A stretch of DNA of 58,864 bases, the filler included. It is 24 parts of 24 records of this genome, joined end to end, with 100 filler letters (N's around TTAATTAATTAA, not from the genome) between each part and the next. Parts side by side here need not be neighbours in the genome. Positions count along the whole stretch, not along the records: positions 1 to 2,027 come from SRR36015645_400699; positions 2,128 to 4,144 come from SRR36015645_414821; positions 4,245 to 6,572 come from SRR36015645_415303; positions 6,673 to 9,181 come from SRR36015645_435431; positions 9,282 to 11,881 come from SRR36015645_435860; 19 more parts are not named here. The stretch is one strand, 5' to 3'. Both the position numbers and the translations under genes were made by a program. This document shows positions 1 to 9,282 of the stretch, in pieces (the stretch's first letter is position 1; each line of letters opens with the position of its first letter). The notes under the pieces were generated by a model that saw only the letters and a list, made by a program, of their open reading frames with translations, was not told the DNA's origin and ran no database searches.

Positions 1-89
1 TACGATTCGTCTGCACAGGAAGGCAGAATACTGTATATAAATTTAACTCGGGAGCAGTTCCCGTGTAAAGTAAATAAGTGACGGACACC

Positions 90-1265
90 ATGAAGCGTTC
101 ATCGTTTGGTGAACATGATCTTCCATCAAAACAAAGACTTACTGCAAACAACGATCAATGTTTGGATGTGGACAAACAACCCTTAGAACGGCTACCATTC
201 CCGTTCTACAGACAACCCAAGGAAATTGGACACTTCTCTTTAGATTTCGATTGTGTGTATCACGCTGATAGAAGGGAGATGAAGTTCTTAAAACTTCCAG
301 TCGACCCAAAACGTGTGAGCTTTGACTTAAAGGAAGGATACAATGCATGCATTCTCAAGGACGATAGTGTAAAGGAGTATATAAATCATATGCTTAAGTG
401 GATTCTGGACAACAAGCAAGCATTTAATGTAAACAGCGGTGTTTTAAAATCCACCTACCAGAATTGTGAGAAACTCAAATCTTTAAACACAGATTTTGTA
501 TGCTGGAGAGGCTTGTTGACAAAACTGCTCTGCACACCATATGAAAATCGTGAAGGGTGGATTATAGCAGTTACCAGATTTAAAGGAACATTCTACTTAT
601 GCGAGTTTGATACGGAACAAAAACGTGCAGACCGAGAGTTAGCAACCGAGAGGCAAAAATTCATGTCATACTGGGGATACAGGTTTGAGCATTATGTAAC
701 TGCTGATACTAGCACGGGCGATGTGTGTCAAGAAAATATTGTGAATACTAACCAAGCATATTGTACTGTTATACGAACTCGGTTAAATACTCATTCCATT
801 GTTCTTTCGGGGGAGGTGGACTGTGTTAATCAGACTAGTCGATTAGACAAGCCTGGCAGCTATATCGAGTTAAAAACAAGCAGAAACATCGATTCCAAAA
901 GACAGGAGGAGAATTTCTACCGCTATAAATTGATCAAGTGGTGGGCTCAGTCATTTCTTGTTGGCCTTTCGACCATATATGGTGGCTTCAGGGATGACGA
1001 AGGCGTTGTAAACACACTGGAAAAGTTTGATGTCATGACAATGCCACAGTTAGTAAAGAACATACGGAATCCATGGGCTGCGTCGGTGTGTATGAACTTT
1101 TGCGAGAAGTTTTTGAGTTACGTGAAGAATGTTGTAACAGAAGACAGCTTGGATGTAGTGTATCGATTTGAATGGTATCCAGGAAAGAAAATAGTCTTCA
1201 CGAAAGAGGGTAGGCAGTCGCCACTTTCGTTCCTTCCCCAGTGGTACACGGATGAGTTCGTATGA
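90..1265 (+). CDS. DXO: Decapping and exoribonuclease protein (DXO/Dom3Z/Rai1 family), intronless ORF
   Basis: Rai1/DXO motifs DFVCWRGLLTKLLCTPYE, WGYRFE, GEVDC, YIELKTS and KWWAQSFLVG. First ATG is at 90 (accATGa); the ORF track starts at GTG 78. Confidence 0.93.
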   Translation: MKRSSFGEHDLPSKQRLTANNDQCLDVDKQPLERLPFPFYRQPKEIGHFSLDFDCVYHADRREMKFLKLPVDPKRVSFDLKEGYNACILKDDSVKEYINHMLKWILDNKQAFNVNSGVLKSTYQNCEKLKSLNTDFVCWRGLLTKLLCTPYENREGWIIAVTRFKGTFYLCEFDTEQKRADRELATERQKFMSYWGYRFEHYVTADTSTGDVCQENIVNTNQAYCTVIRTRLNTHSIVLSGEVDCVNQTSRLDKPGSYIELKTSRNIDSKRQEENFYRYKLIKWWAQSFLVGLSTIYGGFRDDEGVVNTLEKFDVMTMPQLVKNIRNPWAASVCMNFCEKFLSYVKNVVTEDSLDVVYRFEWYPGKKIVFTKEGRQSPLSFLPQWYTDEFV

Positions 1266-2624
1266 ATGTGTCCAAAGATTGTGAAGTAAGTTATTTAGTG
1301 TATGATATCAATTTAGTATACATTACATGTAGGTTAAAAATTTTGCTTGCTAATTAGCCTATTTCATGAGCCTATTGTCTCCAGAGTCTGCTAGTTACCT
1401 TTCGCTTCTATGCATAGTTTGCATACTTTAAATGACAGTTACGGTCATGTGATTCACACTGGGCCAAACACACTAGACAGACACTAGTTAGGTGGTTCTT
1501 CCTCTGTATCTTTCATAATTCTGTAATTAAGAATTTTTCTGCTCAGCCTGGCCCCACACCTAAAGTTGGATTTTTTCTCATTTGAGACTGCAATATTCGA
1601 TCTTGAATTCACAATGTTTTTGTTCAAATAATGCTAATTGTCCAAAGTTGTAATGTTTTTAATCATTTCACTTACTGAAATACAACTCATTTCTGTTATG
1701 TAGGCTCTTGATGGTATTATTGTTAAAAGATAATATGGCTATCGCACTCGTATCACTTTGACACAATTTTAAATTTGATTACTATGCTAACTTTTCTATC
1801 TCACTGTTTGTATAAGATAACATTGTTGTACTTTCACACATTGGGTGTGTTTAGTTATGTAGTATAGCTACAGTATATGACAGACCACATGAGCAAATTG
1901 CATTATTTCTTCGGATTGAATTTTACATTGTACGACAGTAAAGATGAAAGCAACACTGGATTGTGTGCTCCTTATTGGGTAAGTGTGGCAGAATTATTTT
2001 TCCAGGAGCGGGGGGCCCGTACAGGCANNNNNNNNNNNNNNNNNNNNNNNNNNNNNNNNNNNNNNNNNNNNTTAATTAATTAANNNNNNNNNNNNNNNNN
2101 NNNNNNNNNNNNNNNNNNNNNNNNNNNGGTACATGCATTGTATGAATGCTTACTGAACAAGTCTAAAGAACGGGGTCCGTGCCATGACTGTCACGATCAT
2201 AATGACGACAAGATAAATGGTCAGAAAGAAAGTATATTTATTCTCAAAATTCGCAACGGCGTACTTTATGTCTCGCTATATAGGGCTACATGGTTAGATA
2301 TATACTGTATATCCGTACTGAAGCACATACAGGTACAGTATATGGCAATTTGATTTAGCTGCTCCGCATACAATTGTATTATTTACAGTGAACTGCCCAG
2401 TTTGAACAGTTGCAAAAATTAAGTCTCAAGCAAAAGTCCAATGAGTGTAAAACATGCAGTAGATTAAAATATTACATAAAAATTGACGCCATGCTGTACA
2501 AAACAAGCATAATAGAATGGTGCGCAGTTCTAAAAACGAAAGCATCGCTTGGAGTGATTGCCAATTTGCTATTAATCAATACGCCTGTAGAACTGATCTA
2601 TACATTGTATATATATGTCACACT

Positions 2625-3611
2625 TTACAACCCCAGTGCGGCGGAAACCTCAAGGCGTTTGTGTAGGGAATCCCTAATATAGCCGTCACGCGCCGCTTGG
2701 GACTTCCATCGGCCTTGCTTGTTAAAAAGCCGATCCGAAATCCCAATCCCATGGTTGGCCAAGTGTGTGGCAGCACCTGCCCTGAGTGAATGCAGGCCGT
2801 AATCTTTTATAGCGGTTACGATACCGTCAAAAGCTTCTATGAACAATTCCCGCAATCTAGTGTATGTGATAGGTTTGTTACATTTCCGTAAAACGTAACC
2901 TTTGCCTGTACGTGTAAGGTTACTGAAAAGGTAGCTCTCCTTTTCCTGTACATTTGCCAAAGATATATACCGCTCGAGCATGCTTACTGGGCATAATTGT
3001 GTATTGGTTCTGACTACAAACACTACATCACCCTCTCTGTACTTATCCGTTTTTCCTTTTTCAATGTGTATAGTCATATAAGTGTCATAAAAGTGTATGT
3101 CACCTCTTTTTAATGCCAAGAGTTCTGAACTTCGAAGGAATGCAGCATATGCCACTAGGCACATGGTCATAGATCTAACGTTGTATAGTGTGTCTGTGAC
3201 CTGTAGTTTCGCAACCATTGTTTGTAAGTGTTCGATTGTGATAGGTTGCTTTTTGGTAACGTGGTGACAAAGTGTTCGCTTTATGCCTTCCAAAGTGTTT
3301 TTTACCAAACTGTGTTCGGCTGGATCCGGCAGTCCTGCAATTTTGTGTGCCCAACTGATACTATAGACAGCACTGGTGACGGGTGCCGAAGTCGTCGATA
3401 ATTCCATTACTTGTATCAGGTACAGGGCTACGTAGAAAGGCTCCGCCGGTAAAAACTCCACGTTAAATGCGTCTGCCCACGTGCACCACCGCTTAAAGCC
3501 ACCCGAGTACTTTGTCACTGTAGTTGCTGCTCTGCTTTGCAGTAAAATTGTCGGTAACCTCTGCGCCAGTTTCTCTATATGTCCACTCTGCGGTTGTGAT
3601 TTCCAAGCAGC
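2625..3611 (-). CDS. Tyrosine recombinase of a DIRS/PAT-type retrotransposon (probably a spliced 3' exon)
   Basis: Catalytic set R (LRSSE), K (GKTD), HxxR (HSLR), W (GRW) and Y (DGYI). N-terminal SRAATTVTKY..FKRW core-binding region is typical of DIRS-group YRs. Lies downstream of a pol C-terminus. Confidence 0.9.
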   Translation of the reverse strand, partial: AAWKSQPQSGHIEKLAQRLPTILLQSRAATTVTKYSGGFKRWCTWADAFNVEFLPAEPFYVALYLIQVMELSTTSAPVTSAVYSISWAHKIAGLPDPAEHSLVKNTLEGIKRTLCHHVTKKQPITIEHLQTMVAKLQVTDTLYNVRSMTMCLVAYAAFLRSSELLALKRGDIHFYDTYMTIHIEKGKTDKYREGDVVFVVRTNTQLCPVSMLERYISLANVQEKESYLFSNLTRTGKGYVLRKCNKPITYTRLRELFIEAFDGIVTAIKDYGLHSLRAGAATHLANHGIGISDRLFNKQGRWKSQAARDGYIRDSLHKRLEVSAALGL

Positions 3612-3819
3612 CTGCGAAAATATAAGTACAAAAAACAAGCATCAGTATACAATTCCTTCTAGATATTTACTCACGCATCCGTAGCTATATGCTATAAAAA
3701 TACGTTTCCATTTGTTGTTTACCTTACCGTGCCAACCAGCACTGCACACAGGAGCCCCTTTTCGGCTGAATCATATAGCATACACATTTTGCCCCATTAA
3801 GGCTATTCACACTGCACTT

Positions 3820-3920
3820 GTGCTCCATGACACTTTACTCTGGTGCTCCATGACACCCCTAGTGCTCCATGGCACTGTAACTTGTGCTCCACGGCACTGT
3901 ACGCTTGTGCTCCGTGACAC
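3820..3920. repeat. Five copies of 14-bp GTGCTCCRYGRCAC separated by 5-9 bp variable linkers
   Basis: Copies at 3820-3833, 3843-3856, 3862-3875, 3884-3897 and 3907-3920. Confidence 0.9.
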
Positions 3921-3926
3921 CGTACC

Positions 3927-4144
3927 CTATGTGTAATCAATTCTCACAGCATACATCGTAAATGTTAAATCTACTTTCCCAAATAAACCTCTTCCCGACT
4001 TGCACGGCATATAGTACTCTGCCTGACTTGGTAATGCATGCCAGCCTTTAATTTCTTTTATCCATTTCCCATCGATAAGCAACAGCGGGAAAAAAGGTGC
4101 CGAGTACCAAAACGGCATCACTAACGTTCCTACAGCTCTGCACG
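3927..4144 (-). CDS. C-terminal end of DIRS/PAT pol ORF (methyltransferase-like tail after RT/RNase H), 5'-truncated by the contig edge
   Basis: CRAVGTLVMPFWYSAPFFPLL matches the GTLVVPxWxSxxFWP pattern at the end of DIRS/PAT pol. Same strand as, and upstream of, the YR. Confidence 0.7.
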
Positions 4145-4859
4145 NNNNNNNNNNNNNNNNNNNNNNNNNNNNNNNNNNNNNNNNNNNNTTAATTAATTAA
4201 NNNNNNNNNNNNNNNNNNNNNNNNNNNNNNNNNNNNNNNNNNNNTTTTTTTTTTATAAAACGCAACAAGCCTAAAAAATGCAACGCAGTGTATACATGTA
4301 GGCCTACAATAAGGCTACGCGAGAGCGGCCGAATTTCCATAAATTTTGAAGTGCGGAAAACTAATTATGCATAGGCATACACACTACACAGGCATCGTTA
4401 GACATGAGTATGATTTTACCCACGATAAATTAATGTTACAATCTTTTAAATCAGAATCCGTAACAACAAGGCTCAGCTATAATACCCTAGCCTTAACAAG
4501 AGATGCTGTGTGAAATTGCAATATGCTGAGTAGGTAATTGCATGTCGTAGCAGGTGATTCATTTAGCTGCATTTGATATTTTCATGGTACAATTTAGCAG
4601 TGTAGTCTAATAAGATTGAAATAGTTGAATTGACAAGAAAAGCAACTATTATATTTCATAATTTTACTTATTATACACGTGCAGTTTACACTGTGCTAGA
4701 CAAATAAAGCCCTATGCTGGCTCTAAATTTTTACAACATTGAAAAAATGCAAAAGTACAAGTTTAAGAAAACAGCATTATCCGGGGGAGGGGCGATTCCC
4801 TCGCCGAGAATTACGCAACATATGCGCCTACTGAAGACACACTGTAGCTAAATATTTAA

Positions 4860-5822
4860 TTAGTTTTTTGCACGATTTTTCAAGTTTTCAATGTCATCAT
4901 GACTTTTTATTTGGACGATTTTCTCATTCATGTCCTTTACCAAAATCCGACCGTCTTTAGTCCATGTACCATGGATTATCTTCTGCTGCAACAGTCTGCG
5001 GCACTCATAGAAAAGGGCACTGCGTTGCCGGGTCAAATCTTCCGAAACGAAGACACCCTTGGTACCCTCAGTCTTCCTCAGATTGGACCGTGCTTCGTAC
5101 AAAAGCCTACGCTTGTTGTACGTGGAGAAATTAACGATGATGGCCCGCGGCTTCGTGGAATTTGGCAGGGGCTTTCCAACACGGTGCGAGCGTGAGATGT
5201 CGTTATTGGTGACGTCGATATTTAGGCCCTTACATATCTCAAGGACCTTAGTATCGGTGCTCTCGTTAGCACTCTCACGCACGCCCCAAATACGGACCGC
5301 GTTCCGACGGCCGTACTGCTCCAACTCTTCCGTGAGTTGAGCCTGGCTATGGATTTTCACCTCCAAATCCTTCACAGTCGCCTCCAGCTTCTCGTTTCGT
5401 GACTGCAGCTCAAAAATTAGCTGCTGTTGCCCCGCAACGATCTCGTCACACTTCTCGGCAACCTTGAGATCGATAGCCTTCTCACAGGTTTCATGTACTT
5501 TGCGGGAAACCATCTCCTCGATGTCAGCAACAAGCATTGCTTTTATATCAGCAGCAAGCAGATCTTTCAAACGGTCCGCAAGCGTCGAGATGAATTTTGG
5601 CTCAAGAATAGCTTCCTGAATATCAGCGTACGGCAAGTCACTACGTATTATTTTGTACTTAGGCAGCTCCTCATGAGGACTACCATCGCCTGAACTAATT
5701 GGGGATATGTTCTTACGCTTGTTTCTTTCTTCGTCAATGCCTTCCATTTCGTTATTGTCCACAGGTAATGGCGTATTCAACTCTAAACTATCGTGTAGGT
5801 TATTGTTTTCAGCAGACATCAT
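4860..5822 (-). CDS. LINE ORF1p (coiled coil + L1-type RRM + C-terminal domain)
   Basis: Heptad region followed by LEQYGRRNAVRIWGVRE, DISRSHRVG, PRAIIVNF, VFVSEDLT and WTKDGRI, the usual L1-like ORF1 motif series. Confidence 0.88.
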   Translation of the reverse strand: MMSAENNNLHDSLELNTPLPVDNNEMEGIDEERNKRKNISPISSGDGSPHEELPKYKIIRSDLPYADIQEAILEPKFISTLADRLKDLLAADIKAMLVADIEEMVSRKVHETCEKAIDLKVAEKCDEIVAGQQQLIFELQSRNEKLEATVKDLEVKIHSQAQLTEELEQYGRRNAVRIWGVRESANESTDTKVLEICKGLNIDVTNNDISRSHRVGKPLPNSTKPRAIIVNFSTYNKRRLLYEARSNLRKTEGTKGVFVSEDLTRQRSALFYECRRLLQQKIIHGTWTKDGRILVKDMNEKIVQIKSHDDIENLKNRAKN

Positions 5823-6672
5823 GGGATAGTTACACTAGTTACAGAAGATTCATAAATGCTGGCGTACATGTAATTTGCGCAAACTGTATCATTGAAAAAT
5901 CTTCAGGTTGCGAACATAAAAAACTTTCATCTAATGCACGTAAATGTACTCTGCATGTCTACACGTTGTCATCGGGTAGCTCACTCAAATACAAAGTGTC
6001 TACATCATACTGTATGATACAAAGTTCGGGGCCCGTTCACCAATGCAGGCGTACCAGCGACCAGGTAAGTGTGGATTTACACAGTTGGTATAGGTTGTTT
6101 GGGAATACACTACGTCGACATTTGTGTATTCTCCCTCCTGAAAAACCGTCAGCATCCAGGGAACGTGTGTAAATCGCTATGCTGACATGCAAAATACGGC
6201 TAAGTCACCAAAATGTATAACATGGACACCAATATAGCCATCAACGAACCATCAGTTTTCTGAAAGAAGAAATTGTTTGTAATAGGGCCTAGTCAAATTG
6301 CGATATTTCGGACCAACAAACCTTTAACGCCGGATCCCACAGTAACTGGTACTAACGAGGCTTTTTTTAGCAACTTAAGAGCAAATTTAACGAGAGAGCT
6401 CTAAAAGTGTCAACAATCCGTCGCCATGTTGTGACGTCACATTCCTGATAATTTCAGATAAAGGTTAGGTTTTCTAACGCTGATACTGACCTGCGATACT
6501 TTGCACGCAACTGCAGTTTTTCAAATTATCTGAATCTACTCAAAATCTATACCACTATCAGAATGGCCTGCTNNNNNNNNNNNNNNNNNNNNNNNNNNNN
6601 NNNNNNNNNNNNNNNNTTAATTAATTAANNNNNNNNNNNNNNNNNNNNNNNNNNNNNNNNNNNNNNNNNNNN

Positions 6673-9181
6673 ATGGACTTGAAGGAATTCAAACCAGGGG
6701 TGTACTTCCTCCATCTAATTGACTTATTCACACGTTACAGTAGATCCAAAGTCATCACGCGAAAGCTGCCAGCTGTCGTAATAAACAATGTCATTACTAC
6801 ATGGATTGGATCAGGTTTGGGGGCCCCCGGAAGATTCCTAACAGACAATGGGGGAGAATTTGCTAATGAGGAATACAAAGATATGTGTGCCAATTTCAAT
6901 ATTGAAGTGTGTAATACTGCGGCTGAAAGCCCTTGGCAAAATGGGATTTGCGAACGCAATCATGCGGTCATCGACACTTGTGTATCCAAGCTGTTGGAAG
7001 ACGATCCATCTTTGAACATCGAGGTTGCATTAGCATGGGCGGTAAATGCAAAAAATGCAATACAGAATCATAATGGATTCTCTCCGTATCAGTTGGTCTT
7101 TGGACAAAACCCGAATTTACCATCGGTGATGGTAGACAAACCACCTGCGTTGGAAGGTGTCGCTGTCAGCAACTCAGTGGCAACACACTTGAATGCGTTG
7201 CACAATGCAAAAAAGGCGTATGTGAAAGCAGAAAATGCTGACAGAATAAGGAGAGCCCTAAGACAACAGGTCAGATCTACAAATGACCAGGTATTTGATC
7301 ATGGAGATAAAGTATATTTTAAGCGAAACAATGACAACAGATGGCGAGGTCCCGGTAAAGTAATCGGGCAAGATGGCAAAGTAGTTTTTGTGCGCCATGG
7401 TGAACAGCTGGTGAGAGTAGCAACATGTAGACTGGTGAAGGCAGGCGACGAATTCCATAAAAATGTGGGTGATACCAGTCTCAATACAGGTGTTAAAAGG
7501 GTAGAAACTGATAATAACGGAATCGACGGTACACCAAATCAGAGAAGAAATATATATGTAGATAGAGATGATGCGATAGATCAGAACATAAATGATGATG
7601 ATCTTCTTGATGTGACAGCAGGTGATGAGCGACCCGCTGATCAATTGCAACAACAACCCGTTATTCCCCATGACAATGTACAGAATGATGATGAAAATGC
7701 TCGTCAAGCAGTTATAAACAATGCAAATATACCTGTACCCACACCGATCATCCCAAATAAGGATGAAAGGATACGATTTCGATTTCATGATAATGATGAC
7801 TGGGTTGAGGCCACAGTCTTAGGAAGAGGTGGTAAAGCGACCGGAAGGAACAAATTTTACGTCAATGTAGAAACAAAAAGTGACGAGACACAAATGGGCA
7901 TAGACTTGGAAAAAGTTAATTACGAAATGATTCGGGAGTTTACAGAAGACACACATGATGCAGAAGATGAAGCTCATGTCATGTTTGTTCCGAAAGATGC
8001 ACATGAAATCGACAGTGTTGTTGAAGCAAAGAATAAGGAACTTGAAAACTGGAATCTATTCGGAGTGTATAAAGAAGTTCCAGATTCCGGACAGAAAACA
8101 ATTTCGACAAGATGGGTAGTGACAGACAAACTGTCATCTGAAGGAAAGAATTGTGTAAAGGCGCGGTTAGTAGTACGTGGTTTTGAGGAAGAGGATAAGA
8201 CACAAGCTGATTCTCCTACAGCCTCTAAACCAACTTTAAGAGTTTTTCTAGGTGTTGCCGCAAGTAATGATTGGAAATGCGAATCTCTTGATATTAAGGC
8301 AGCATTTCTTCAGGGAAAGTCTATTGAGCGTGATGTATTTGTTAAACCACCTATTGAAGTAAGAGAAGAGGGTGTTATCTGGAAACTCGAAAAAGTTGTG
8401 TATGGTCTAGATGATGCGTCACGAAATTGGTACTTTAGTGTGCGAGAAGAGCTGATGCGATTAGGGTGCGATCAGTCAAAGTTAGACAAATCGCTGTTCC
8501 GTTGGTTCGATAACGGTAAATTACAGGGACTCTTTGTGATGCACGTGGATGACTTTCTTTTTGCTGGCACAGAAAAATTTCGGCAATATGTTATTGCAAA
8601 AATTGCGGCAAAGTTCAAGGTTGGTAAGCATTGCGAAGGTAAATTCCGATACGTGGGGTTGGATCTGAAGCAAGATCGAAATGGTATAGTAATGACCCAA
8701 ATGAGCTACATTGATGGTATTGAACCTATGGTCATTCCTGCTAAGAGGGCTTTGGAAAAATCCGCCTTTCTCTCAGATGAAGAAATACATAATTTGAGAG
8801 GGGTAATCGGACAGCTGAACTGGGTGGCAACGCAGACACGTCCTGATGTGTCTTTCGATAAACTTGAGCTCAGTGTTTCCACGAAACATCCGCAAGTTGA
8901 ACATTTGATTAAAGCCAATAAAGCTATCAAACGAATCAAATCTGAGAAAAGTGAAATACGATTTCAGAACGTGGGGAAATTCGACGAAATGATTCTAAAT
9001 GTGTACTGCGATGCTTCGTATGCAAATCTACCTGACAGTGTTTCCAGTGCTGGTGGACATATCATTTTGCTATCTGGTAAAAGCCACCAATTCTCACCAC
9101 TCACATGGAAATCAAACAAAATTCGACGTGTGGTAAAAAGTACCTTGGCGGCAGAAACCTTAGCCATGGTTGATGCCCTAG
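6673..9181 (+). mobile_element. Ty1/Copia (GalEa-like) pol fragment: integrase - RT - start of RNase H; open at both ends
   Basis: IN D (IDLFT), D (TDNGGEF), E (GICERNH). Copia RT motifs KARLVVRGF, DIKAAFLQG, YGLDDA and HVDD. RNase H CDASYA/STLAAE. IN-before-RT order is Copia. Confidence 0.93.
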
Positions 9182-9282
9182 NNNNNNNNNNNNNNNNNNN
9201 NNNNNNNNNNNNNNNNNNNNNNNNNTTAATTAATTAANNNNNNNNNNNNNNNNNNNNNNNNNNNNNNNNNNNNNNNNNNNNA

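Noticed and set aside
2072-2083. Recurrent TTAATTAATTAA as a biological repeat or piggyBac target site
   Set aside because: Always centred in 44N+44N; it is an artificial six-frame stop linker. ORFs ending in X..LIN or X..N are artefacts of it.
2625-3638. Bacterial or phage XerC/Cre integrase
   Set aside because: GRW motif, upstream DIRS/PAT pol tail and a spliceosomal acceptor indicate a eukaryotic YR retrotransposon.
3820-3920. CRISPR-like repeat-spacer array
   Set aside because: Repeats of 14 bp and linkers of 5-9 bp are far too short, there are no cas genes, and the context is a eukaryotic retrotransposon.
1-4144. DXO nuclease + recombinase + repeat array as a linked system
   Set aside because: They are on different contigs separated by an artificial spacer; there is no evidence of linkage.
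5699-6172. 157-aa antisense ORF in the LINE 5' region (ORF0-like)
   Set aside because: Non-ATG start and no recognisable motif; cannot be distinguished from chance.
6673-9181. Continuation of the Copia contig at 39557-41721
   Set aside because: Both contain the integrase core with different sequences, so they are distinct families; there is no end overlap.
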